Part shown: positions 1 through 10,832 of the stretch, piece after piece | Layout: each line of letters opens with the position of its first letter | Position numbering within the stretch: the first letter of the stretch is position 1 | Assembly (NCBI RefSeq): GCF_001194135.2 | Contig: NC_068995.1 | Location: 12,355,662 to 12,409,591, forward strand | Source of the DNA: Octopus bimaculoides | Lineage: Eukaryota | Direction of reading: 5' to 3' | Length of the DNA: 53,930 nt | The notes under the pieces: model-generated | What the model saw: the letters and a program-made list of their open reading frames with translations, nothing else | Databases searched by the model: none | What the model was told of the DNA's origin: nothing | Position numbers and translations under genes: made by a program

Positions 1-64
<64 letters not shown>
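1..64. repeat. (CTAT)n tetranucleotide microsatellite
   Basis: Uninterrupted CTAT repeats from base 1. Confidence 0.98.
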
Positions 65-469
65 GCATCCTTCCTTCTATCTCTAATACACACATTTTCT
101 GCCTCTCACACATCCACAAACCCACGTACACATTCACACACATTCACACACATTCACACACATAGACACACGTACACAGACACAAATACTCTCCCTCAGT
201 GGTTGCAATGAAACATAATAAATCTACGTTGTGGTCACGTGGAAATCTGGACATTAATAAACAAGCAAACTGTAGAGAGAACGAAATAATGTCAATACTT
301 GGAGATGTTCTCGAAAGGGGGAAAAAAGAAAAGAAAAGGAAAAAAAAAACCGCATCAGATTTATAACTCCCCTTATATTGCTCGTGTCACATAATTTTGG
401 AAATACACAATGCTTGAAATAAAACTAAATCTGATTTAGTTATGTACTATTGTTGTAAACAAATCTCAG

Positions 470-523
<54 letters not shown>

Positions 524-563
524 GATTGTTGTTTTTGTCGTTGTTGTTGATGTTTGTTGTTGC

Positions 564-597
<34 letters not shown>

Positions 598-633
598 GCT
601 GTGGTGGTGGTGGTGGTGGTGGCGGTAGTTCAG

Positions 634-683
<50 letters not shown>

Positions 684-725
684 TGTAGTAGTGGTAGTAG
701 TAGCAGAAGCATCATTATTACCAAT
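470..725. repeat. Compound trinucleotide microsatellite (TTA)n-(GTT)n-(GTG)n-(TAG)n
   Basis: Successive tracts read directly; they explain the poly-L/V/T ORFs 440..745, 442..636 and 630..929. Confidence 0.97.
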
Positions 726-894
726 ATCATCATCAACATCATCATTTTCTTTATTTTTTTTTCTTTTTACCAGATTGGAACCGTGGTAGGTCCGTGAATG
801 CAACAGACTTCTTTGAGGATGATGGAAAGGCTGAATGGGAAAAGTGTTGAAAAGAAAATATCTTGCGATAGGTATTCCCGCTCTACCCTTTCTT

Positions 895-1331
895 AGATCA
901 AATTCCGCCAAGGCCGGCATTGTCTTCAATCCTTTCGAGGTCGATAAAATATGTACCAGTTAATGAGACTGGGGTGGGTGCAATCAGCTTAAACACTCAC
1001 ATCAGCTGCTGTCCTTGAGGCAAAATTTAAAACCACTTAAACGGTGGTGAGACGGTAGAATGGTTTCCACGCCGGACAAAATCCTTATCGGCAATTCGAC
1101 CGTGATTACGGGTTGATAAGAATAAGAAGGAGTCTAGGACTGGAGTCGATGTCACCAAGTAGACCCTCCCCGAAAATTTCTGGCCTTCTGGCTATAGAAG
1201 AACGTATTATTATTCATCATTTCTGGGTCGATAAAATAAGTACCAGTGAAGTACTGGACTCCAAGAAGTCGACTCATCTCCTCCCCCGAAATTTTGCTGG
1301 CGCTCTGCCAAAAGTCTGAAACCATCATCAT

Positions 1332-1402
<71 letters not shown>

Positions 1403-1440
1403 TAATAGTAATAATAATAATTAGTAGTAGTAGTAGTAGT
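895..1440 (+). mobile_element. SINE family B fragments in tandem, ending in an (AAT)n/(AGT)n tail
   Basis: Core gtcgataaaatatgtaccag (about 940-960) and gtcgataaaataagtaccag (about 1226-1246); tail ending ctgccaaaagtctgaaacc, followed by (AAT)n from about 1332. Confidence 0.8.
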
Positions 1441-2019
1441 GTTATTGACAGATGATCTGTTGAATCGTTAGATTGTCGAAAATTTACCTTGCTGTGTTTG
1501 TCCCGGCTTTTCACACGCAGTTCAAACTACACGGAAATCAGTTTCGCCATTCGTCCTTCCGAGATTCGTAGAAAAATGTGACAAGTACTTTAGTCTATTT
1601 AATCGCCTCCTATCTTTTTTCCAGATCAGTATGTATATATTACAGAGTTTGTGCCTCTGTCAGAAAGGAAACTGTAATCAAAGTAGGATGCCTTTCGGAA
1701 CACAGAAATGATTTCTATATGCCTTCTAATGAGAAAATGAATAAGCCCTTACCGACGTCTCCTCCATTGAACAAAGAAGGGCACACGGGAGTGTGGTCCT
1801 GATAGACTGGTTGAGGATGATAGGAGAAAACTGCCGAAGCTCGTGCACTAGACACCTACCAGTATATATTAGAAGGCCAGTAAATATTAGACGGCCAGTA
1901 AATATTAGAAGACGAATTACAGGTGTTTCGAGAAGGACACAGTATGGGCGTTGATGCATAGATCCTCGTAATCTCAAGGTTATCAGTTTATAATTAGTGC
2001 GTTTGGAGATTGATTACAG

Positions 2020-2330
2020 ACAAGCTCACCGCAGGGAAAGTTCACCGCAGGGAAAGTTCACCGCCATCAATTTACTGTGAAAGTATTTCACCGTGAGGAA
2101 AGTTCACCTCGAGGAAAGTTCACCTCGAGGAAGGTTCACCTCGAGGAAAGTTCACCTCGAGGAAGGTTCACCTCGAGGAAAGTTCACCTCGAGGAAAGTT
2201 TACCGAGAAAATATATCCATAGTATCTCACCACTAATAGTTGAAAACGATTTTATTGAAAAAATAACATGGTAACTTCATGACGGTGAACTTCCACGACG
2301 ATGAATTGACGCTGGTGAACTTAACAGACG
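2020..2330. mobile_element. MITE-like element with 15/16-bp subterminal repeats, including a GAGGAAAGTTCACCTC array at 2095-2206
   Basis: Left-side units contain aagttcacc; right-side units (about 2275-2325) contain the inverse ggtgaactt. Six complete 16-bp units plus one degenerate unit. Superfamily not assignable. Confidence 0.55.
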
Positions 2331-3777
2331 TGGTCTTGGTATCATGCATTGATATGTGCTCAGCTGGAGACTTCATAGTGATACAATTCCTGATGACACT
2401 CAAACACATTAAAGTTAGTGTGGAAGTTGGATTCGTTGTTATATAAGGAGATAAAACTGGCGGTGCAGGGCAGATATCTTTGGTGTTACACGTATGAAAG
2501 CAAGAATAATATGTGGGGTTTTTTTCGCCTTCAATCGAAAGGAAAAACCAGAGAATAAAAAAGAGCAGCGGATTCCAGTAGGAAGCTATATGTAATGTAT
2601 CACTAGGGGAAATGCAGAAGATAGCAGGAAAAAATCCCCATATTCTGAATGCCAGGAATCAACAGCAAGGAAACCAAAGTTTTCCTGCTTAATGCCAACC
2701 TGAGGTTACGACCGCTAGTACCAACAAATCGATTTTGCAGCGTTTGGGAGGAATTGAGCGATGGACTGTGATAAGAAAACTGTCAAGGACAGCGAGAAAA
2801 AAAAAGGGGAAAAAGAAATACCAGAAAGAAGAAAATAATGACTTACGGAATACAAGGGGAACAATAAATCTGATTTCACTTTGGAAAACATTTCTAAATA
2901 TTGACATCACATAACTCTCTCCTGTTTCCTTGTTTATTAATATCCATGTTTCCACGTGACCACAACATAAATTTATTGTTTCAGTGGAACCCACAGAGGG
3001 ACAGAAAAAGAGAGGGGAAACGGACAGAGAGAATGTATGTGCATGCGAAAGAGTTTTGAGTAAAAGAACGGTAAGAATAAAACAGTTCCCATTAAATGTG
3101 TGTCTATATATATATATTATGTATGTATGTAAGCATATTTACACACGCTAAACACACACACACACACACACACATATTTATATTCTGTGTCTTGTATGTT
3201 TATTTGCGTAATTTATCTATTTTTAATATATCTTAATATAACGAAAAATGTTTTTTTTGCCACAGACCCCCATCTTTGACTTATAACTCAATCTGTACAT
3301 TGCAAAATATCATGTAATGCGTTGCTGGATGCGTTGACCTTTGCGACAAATAAATGTTGGATTGGCAGAATGGATAAAATATCGGGGATAAAAAAAAGCC
3401 TTATTCTAAATTTTTCTGACCATTTACTTACTGTGTTCAAATACTGATTATGTGAAATTTGTCGTTTATCTTTCCCGAAACTGTCAAAACTGTTCACTCT
3501 CGAACAAAGTTGTTGGTCTTGTGCCTAAATTAGACACAGGATAGTTTGAAAGCCGGAATAAACGCATTGCTGTATCTCCTCCGGCTACTTACTTTTGATT
3601 TCAAATCCTGTTGTACACAACTTGTTTTTCTATCTTTCGGGATTAAAGATGTAGTATGTACAACAGTAGATTTAAAATGAGAAAAGGTGTCGAAATATTA
3701 AAAACAACTACTGAAATCCCCGGGGGTTTTTTTTTTGGGGGGGGGGGTGTTCTTAACTGTCTTTTAGCGGTCGTATA

Positions 3778-4938
3778 CAAGGTGGTATCAAAACTTCCCG
3801 GGCTGCATATAAGAATAATTTATTTACCTAAGGTTTAACATCCTCTCCTTGGAAATAATCACCTTTCGCAGCAATAAACCAGTCCCAGCGTTCCTGCCAC
3901 CTTTGGAATCCGGCCTGGAAGTCGTTTTCTGTAAATGTCTCAAGGACATTCTACAATTCACTGTGGATCTCGACAATGGTGTTAAAACGACGACCTGTGA
4001 GCTGCATTTTCATCTTGGGGAAGAGACAGAAGTCTGCAGGTTCTAAATCTGGTGAATAAGGTGGGTGCGGAAGCGATACCATGATGTTTTGTTTTGGCAT
4101 GAAACTCACGAGTAAGAAGAGCTTGGTGACAGGGTGCATTTTCGTCCTGAAGAACCCAGTTCTTCGTGCACCACACATCTAGTCGCTTTCGAAGATTGTC
4201 CTCCCGCAAATGCTTCTTCAAAACATCGCAGTAGAACTTTCGAGTGACGGTCTGACCCTGGAGGACGATTTCCTGATGCACAATCCCGCAGATGTGGAAA
4301 GAAGACGATTCACATGCTCTTTATTAAGATACTTCAGCTGCACGCTGACGGAGATCTTGACTGATTTCGATGCGATGTTCTTTCTACTCAGTGGTCAGCA
4401 GGCGAGGGCTAAACTTGAGAGAGACATGCCACATGTTAAATTCAGACATTATGATCGCCTGCACGGACTCACACGACAGACCAACCACATTGGCAATGTC
4501 ATTGATAGTCCTCCGAAGATCCTCAAGCACAGACTGATGATTTTTCTTCATATTTCCTGCGGTGACCCTTGTGGTAGGTCTTCCAGATCGCTTTTGTCTT
4601 CCAGAGACGTTCTTCTACTTTCGAAATGTTCCGGCCATTCAAAATATACCGTATGACCCATTGCCCCGTCACCGTCAGCATGCTGAAGTATGCTCAATGT
4701 CTCTATAACAGACTTCCCATATGTCACACAAAATTTCACGCAGGCCCTTTGTTCCTGTCGATGACACAATTGCAAACTACAGCATACAGGTGATCACAAA
4801 CACTCAAATTGCACAGTGATATCACACAGTACACCACTTCATGAAGTTCATTGCTAGCTCTCACTGTGAACGCAACCGTGTGCTACCTTCTGTTGGCGCA
4901 CTTCAGAACTAGTCCGGCAACGTTTTGATACCACCTTG
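3778..4938 (-). mobile_element. Mariner (Tc1/mariner superfamily) DNA transposon, decayed and internally deleted
   Basis: 17-bp perfect inverted repeat CAAGGTGGTATCAAAAC (3778-3794) / GTTTTGATACCACCTTG (4922-4938), extending imperfectly to about 28 bp. TA at 3776-3777; right flank is AA. Transposase motifs inside. Confidence 0.95.
3951..4775 (-). pseudogene. Mariner transposase pseudogene
   Basis: N-terminal HTH region (QEQRACVKFC...), RSGRP, KFSPRLL (WVPHEL-equivalent), GIVHQE, GQTV, QDENAPCH and PHPPYSPDLEPADF; split by frameshifts and stops; GDETW region absent. Confidence 0.93.
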
Positions 4939-5554
4939 AAGAAGATATTTCCTGTCAGGAAGGTATACGCACAAACGAGATTAAATAAATCCATGTGTAA
5001 GGATCGCCAAAAGATCTCTAAATATTGCAGCACTTACCTCATTACCAAAGCTAGACGAAATGTTTGTCTTTATACATTTTGAAAGGGCTAAACTTTATGA
5101 TATTTGCTATATTTACATATTATTAGATGGGATGCATCGGAAATAGAAAAATGAGGTACTCGCCACAATCGTGGTAGCTGTAAAATGATAAAAGCACTAC
5201 CGATTATTAATCAAACGTTCAGAAAATTTACACTTTTACACATACCTAATAAGAGATACAAAGAACTTTTGAAATCAAATTATTTTGAATATATAAGGTA
5301 TACACAAAGACAACACCAGCAATAAAGCTTCATCAAGTGCAAGCGTAATGAAAACGTGAGGGATTCCATTTGAGTAATTTGAAAGGGAAGGGAAATAAGT
5401 GGATGAGTAAGTTACAAACGATAGCGCAAACTTGCCCGAGAAATCATCCAGGAGATGTGTTACAATTCTTTTTCATAATGGAAAGACGTTTATATATATC
5501 ATCGAATGATAAGTCAGAAGACATTCATGTAGATATCTTCACCATTTCTTTTAT

Positions 5555-5935
5555 CTTTTAATTGATTCAGTCATTAGACTGCGGCCATGCTGTGGCACGG
5601 CCTTGAATAACTTTTAGTCGAATGAATCGACCCGAGGAATTATACTTTAAAGCCTGGTACCTTTTACCGAATATCTAAGCCACGGGGACCTATACACACC
5701 AACACTGGTTCTTAAGCGGTGGTGACGGAATACAAACACACATAGACAAACATATTATAGATAGATAGATAGATAGATACATACATACATACATACATAC
5801 ATACATACATACATACATACATAGATATTTGTGGGGTCGAGGCTATAGTAAAGGACACTTGCCCAAGGTTTCACACTAACTCGGAATCAAGTGGTTTGGA
5901 AGCAAAGTCCTTACCACACAGCTATACCTATGCCT
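5555..5935 (-). mobile_element. tRNA-derived SINE family A, diverged, with internal (TAGA)n(TACA)n
   Basis: Homologous end to end with the copies at 10262-10784 and 52822-53228 (cagtcattagactgcggccatgctg ... gaggctatagtaaaggacacttgcccaagg ... ttaccacacagc). Confidence 0.88.
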
Positions 5936-7059
5936 ATCCTTATTATCTCTGAAGAAAATAAGGGTGTTTGGGTGTTGTTTAGCATTGAGGTTGTGGGGAG
6001 AAATTCAATCAGATGTGTGTGCAGTACAGGAAGCAAACGTATTGGTAATTTATCCAGCAAGGGTTCCTCCTTCAAGACATAATTGGAACTAGCCAGAGAG
6101 TAGATAAGATTACCACATCACTTCCTTTCGATGCTGAAGTGACATTTCTGCCTAGAACAACGGAGTAAACCACCAACATAACAATAAAGTGGAGAAAGAA
6201 GAACGGAATGTTCTCAAATTAAAAACCAACATGACAATGGGAAGTCTGTCAGGAGAAAGCGTCCACCGGTTCATGATAGAAGAGTCTTTATTGCATATAA
6301 CTGAATAATATATCTTAATTGATTTAGAATATTTATTTATTTACACCTTCGCATTTTGATCGTTTTGGTTTTCAGGCGTCATCAGGTGAATTATTTTTTA
6401 AATGTATATTGCACACCACTGAATTCGAACAAAGGAACTGTGTTTTAAAACAAAGATGCCTTATATCGATTGCATCCCCGTATTATGTACTTGCCCTGGA
6501 ATAAAATTCCCTGTGACGAACGAAGATCAAAATTATTTTTGGTAGGTATAGATATTTTACCAAAAGTTCCATCTCTGAAGATAAGGTAAACAAACTAAAT
6601 AATAATAAATTTAGTATCAAAAACTAATCTCAGACACTTAGTAATTTAATATTTATGATTTTTCGTATCTTTTTTTCGCAATTAATTACGTGAAATCATT
6701 GTTTTAAAACACTAATGATGTCATGTTTGAATAAATGTAAAACATAATAAACATCAGAAAGAACAACTTGAAATAGATTTTTGCAAGTTTTTATAAATAC
6801 GAGACACAAGTCACGTAACTACCACATAAAAGGCAACCACTTTACCTTTCACACTATAGAACTCATGTTTAACACGCTTTCTAAATTCGTATTATGAATA
6901 TTATTTCCTGCCTTTTACTGCCACTAATCTTCTTCACATGTATATCACTTGTCTCACGTATTATTCGTAGAACAAAATAAATACGCTCTAAAAATAGGCT
7001 GAGTAGTTCGTTTCCAGGTACATTATTTTTTATCCTCTCTCAGCACCCAAGTACAAAAA

Positions 7060-7237
7060 TACTATACTGGTTTTGAGTTTAGGGGAAGCGGATAAGTCGA
7101 TTACATCGACCCCCGTGCTCCACTGGTATTTATTTTATCGACCCAGAAAGGATGAAGTGCAAATTCAACCTCGGCGGAATTTGAATTGGCGTTAAGCATT
7201 TCTCCCGGCGTGCTAACGATTCTGCTAGCTCGGCCTC
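7060..7237 (-). mobile_element. tRNA-derived SINE family B
   Basis: gtcgattacatcgaccccc...ctggtatttattttatcgaccc...cctcggcggaatttgaa...gctaacgattctgctagctcg. Confidence 0.85.
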
Positions 7238-7251
7238 TCAGACTGAAAGTA

Positions 7252-7425
7252 AAATATTGGTTTCAAATTTTGGCACAAGTCCTGCAGCTCTTGTGGAACA
7301 GGCCAAGTCGATGTAATCGACCACAGTACTCAACTGGTACTTATTTTATCGACCTCGAAATGATGAAAGGAAAAGTCAACCTCGGCGGAATTTGAACTCA
7401 GAATGTATAGACGGACGAAAACCCG
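7252..7425 (-). mobile_element. SINE family B, head truncated
   Basis: ggtttcaaattttggcacaag tail and ctggtacttattttatcgacc core. Confidence 0.85.
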
Positions 7426-7448
7426 AAAGTATAATATCGATTTCAGTT

Positions 7449-7610
7449 CAAGTCGGCAGCTGGCAGAATCGTTACCGTGCCGGGAAAAATGCTTAGCGAC
7501 AGTTCTTCCGACCTTCTGAGTTGAAATGCCACCGGGGCCGACTTTGCCTTTCATCTGACTTACCCGCTTCGCCTAAATTGCTGGCCTTATGCCAAACCTC
7601 GAAACCAATA
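7449..7610 (+). mobile_element. SINE family B with the central domain deleted
   Basis: Head gctggcagaatcgtta...ttctgagttgaaatgccaccggggccgactttgcctttcatc joined directly to the tail ttgctggccttatgccaaacctcgaaacc. Confidence 0.8.
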
Positions 7611-7667
7611 TAGTATTTTTGTACTTGGATGCTGGGAGAGGATAAAAAATAATGGCCAAAGGAACGT

Positions 7668-7837
7668 GAAGTAAATGCAAGGTAAATCACAAGAAAACAA
7701 ATATGTGAATTAATGTAGACTAACCTTGTATTTAATATTTCAGGTTTATGACCCCATCTTCAAGAAATATTGAATACAAAGTAAGTCTACATTAATTCAC
7801 ATATTTGTTTTCTTCTGATTTGCCTTGCCTTTACTTC
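7668..7837. repeat. Long hairpin: 74-bp arms with a 22-nt loop
   Basis: 7668-7741 is the reverse complement of 7764-7837 with 6 mismatches and a 31-bp perfect core (aagaaaacaaatatgtgaattaatgtagact). Confidence 0.92.
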
Positions 7838-7954
7838 GCATTGTTCTGACCTTACCCACGACACTTTATACAATATATTCTACAGAATGCTTCATAGTAA
7901 TTACGCCATTATAATGTGTATATATATGTGTGTGTGTGCGTGTGTGTAGGGGTG

Positions 7955-8189
7955 TTACCTTTTACCTTTTACTTGTTTCAGTCATTGCAGTGCAGCCATG
8001 CTGGAGCGCCACCCTGAATTCTGAGTGGAATGTATCAACACCAGTACGTCATTTGTTTTTTTTAGCCTGGTGTTAATTCCTCTGATCTTTTTTGCCGAAC
8101 TACTAGCTTAAGGAAATTTAAACACACCAACCACAGTCGCCAAGCACTGGAACAAGCAGAGACACAAAGCATGGGTACAAACAGACACA

Positions 8190-8234
<45 letters not shown>

Positions 8235-8393
8235 ACTCATACGACGGGCTCGTTTCAGGTTCCCGTCAACAAAATCCACCCACAAGGCCTTGATCAGCAC
8301 GAAGTTATAGTGGATGACACTCACCAAAGAGATTGAACCCGGAATCATGTGGTTAGAACGCAATCTCCTTACTATACAGTCCCACCAGCGCCT
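7955..8393 (-). mobile_element. SINE family A with internal (CA)n
   Basis: ttaccttttaccttttacttgtttcagtcatt tail; cgacgggctcgtttcagg...cacaaggcctt; degenerate tRNA-like head at the right end. Confidence 0.88.
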
Positions 8394-8799
8394 ATTCATA
8401 TAGATGTAGATATTCGTCAGTGTGTAGTTTACTAGACCTCTGCTCCTTCCCGAATTTTTTCTATCTCGTGTTGACACTTATAATGTTTAATATCAATTTA
8501 AAATCAATTTTTGCAGGAATTCTCACCACGTTCGGTAAATGTTAATATTCAATTCGGTTGAGCAGAAAGAATCAAATATCACTTGTACATTCAAAATAAG
8601 AAATCACAATATGATGTCTACAATAAGTGAAGAAGCTTGTCTTCATAATAATACCACATTCTTCTCCGCTGTTAGAATGGGAGAATAATAAAAATAAACA
8701 ACTTCAAGAAAGAATAATGATGATTTTTATAACAGGTTAGTCATGCTTATTATCACGTGACTTAGAGAAAGGAAGATTCTAGTTTATACGCATATATGT

Positions 8800-8823
8800 G
8801 AATGTTTGTATGCTTGTGTGTGT

Positions 8824-8875
<52 letters not shown>

Positions 8876-9006
8876 ATAAACGGCATATATATATGTATGT
8901 ATGTATGATATATATTTTAAAATATTCTTTGTGCTCATTACATATTGTCTTATGGCAACATACTCAAGCATGCACGCGCATGCACACGCATATACACACG
9001 CTCACC

Positions 9007-9038
<32 letters not shown>

Positions 9039-9226
9039 GACACATATGTATTCATATATATATTTAAATACGTATATATATGAATGAAACTTAAGGCAAA
9101 TGTATATACATATATATGGGTGTGTGTGTATACATACATATAAGTATATATAGATATATATATATATGAATATATATGTGTGTATGTATACGTATAAATA
9201 CACACACACACACACATATATATATA

Positions 9227-9285
<59 letters not shown>
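8800..9285. repeat. Compound (GT)n/(CA)n/(TA)n microsatellite block
   Basis: Read directly; source of the CVCV, HTHT and YIYI ORFs. Confidence 0.95.
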
Positions 9286-9288
<3 letters not shown>

Positions 9289-9896
9289 ATGTTAATTCTC
9301 TAAATGAAGTATTAACAGTAACTGCACGATAAAGTGTAGTATATTGCCACTTAAGTGTGGCTGAACCCTAGGGGTGGATGTTACTGTTGCTTTTAGCCCC
9401 AGGAGGACATCTCCTCCAGCTGGCTTATCATGTATATATACTTAATATGATGTGTATCATTGTGATGGCTTTGTCGTCATAAATCCAAGAAATCAAGTTA
9501 CCTTCCAACATGTAGACCCAACAAAAGCTATTCAATCACTTTTTAACAAGCAGGAATACAATTCAAGATTACGGTAAGATCTGACTCCTCAGAAACTGCC
9601 ACATGTGTTATGCAATCTTCAGTTTCTTCATTATTATATCTTATATTTTCTCTAAGATATGACGAACGGATTCAAATCTGACTATTTTGTCTGTATAACT
9701 GATGATCATGACCCCTGGAATGTGAATATATGTATGTTACACGTAATTCTTTTTGATATGACTTTAAATCAAACAACCTACCTCTAAAATTCATGACGAA
9801 TATATTAATAGTATCTGATAAAAATACAGCTTTGACACTGTTGAATCTGCTTGAAGTAATTATTTTGAAATTGATGTAAATAATGTATTATAGCAA

Positions 9897-10832
9897 AGGT
9901 TGAAGCGTGACTGCGTGGTAAGAAGTTTGCTTCCTAACGACGTGGTTAAGAGGTTCCGTCCTACGGTGTGACACCTTGGATTTTGTATTATAGCCTCCGA
10001 CCGACAAGAGCCTTGTGAATGGATTTGGTAGAGGAAACTGAAAGAATCCAGTCGTATGTGTTTGTGGATGTGTGTCTGTGCGTGTGCATGTGTACAAGTT
10101 TGTGCGCGTCTTTGTGTCTGTGTTTGTACTCCCACATCGCTTAACAACCGATGTTGGTGTGTTTATGTCTCGTAGCCTAGTGGTTCGCCAAAAGACCGAT
10201 AGAATAAGAACCGGCCTTCAAAATAGGTACAGGGCTGGTTAGTTTGACTAAAAATTAATCAAGGCGCAGGAGTGGCTGTGTGGTAAGTAGCTTGCCAACC
10301 AATAACATGGTTCCAGGTTCAATCCCACTGCGTGGCATCTTGGGCAAGTGTCTTCTACTATAGTCTCGGGCCGACCAAAGCCTTGTGAGTGGATTTGGTA
10401 GACGGAAACTGAAAGAAGCCCGTCGTATATATATATATATATATATATATNNNNNNNNNNNNNNNNNNNNNNNNNNNNNNNNNNNNNNNNNNNNNNNNNN
10501 NNNNNNNNNNNNNNNNNNNNNNNNNNNNNNNNNNNNNNNNNNNGTGTGTGTGTGTATGTGGTATGTTTGTGTGTCTGTGTTTGTCCCCCCAACATCGCTT
10601 GACAACCGATGCTAGTGTGTTTACGTCCCCGTAACTTAGCGGTTCGGCAAAAGAGAACGATAGGATAAGTACTAGGCTGACAAAGAATAAGTCCTGGGGT
10701 CGATGTGCTCGACTAAAGGCGGTGCTCCAGCATGGCCACAGTCAAATGACTGAAACAATTAAAAGAGTAAAACAGTAAAGAGTATGATGGCCCAACATGG
10801 TTGCAGTCTAATAAATGAAACAAGTAAAAGAA
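9897..10832 (+). mobile_element. Older SINE family A copy, split by a younger copy (parts 9897-10261 and 10785-10832)
   Basis: Diverged head and body up to gactaaaaattaatca; its 3' end (tgatggcccaacatggttgcagtctaataaatgaaacaagtaaaag) resumes after the younger copy. Confidence 0.75.
10262..10784 (+). mobile_element. Young full-length tRNA-derived SINE family A
   Basis: Pol III A box (TGGCTGTGTGGT), B box (GGTTCAATCCC), internal (TA)n/gap/(GT)n, and a short tandem tail (aaaagagtaaaacagtaaagagta). Confidence 0.92.

Noticed and set aside
1700-1980. Possible RTE 3' remnant with three 18-bp tandem units (ccagta.atattaga.gg)
   Set aside because: Only loose resemblance to RTE C-terminal motifs in broken frames; not supportable without an HMM search.
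2095-2206. CRISPR-like array
   Set aside because: Units are contiguous with no unique spacers; eukaryotic context.
4210-4656. 148-aa plus-strand ORF
   Set aside because: Antisense shadow of the mariner transposase.
5990-6300. APE endonuclease-like DVCAVQE patch
   Set aside because: A single short motif without the flanking conserved blocks.
9285-9430. Unique-looking segment abutting (TA)n, possibly a repeat terminus
   Set aside because: No second copy in the window and no TIR, TSD or ribozyme motif, so it cannot be classified from this sequence.
10262-10340. tRNA gene (also 38960-39030 and 53150-53228)
   Set aside because: A and B boxes are present, but there is no cloverleaf and the sequence continues into SINE bodies.
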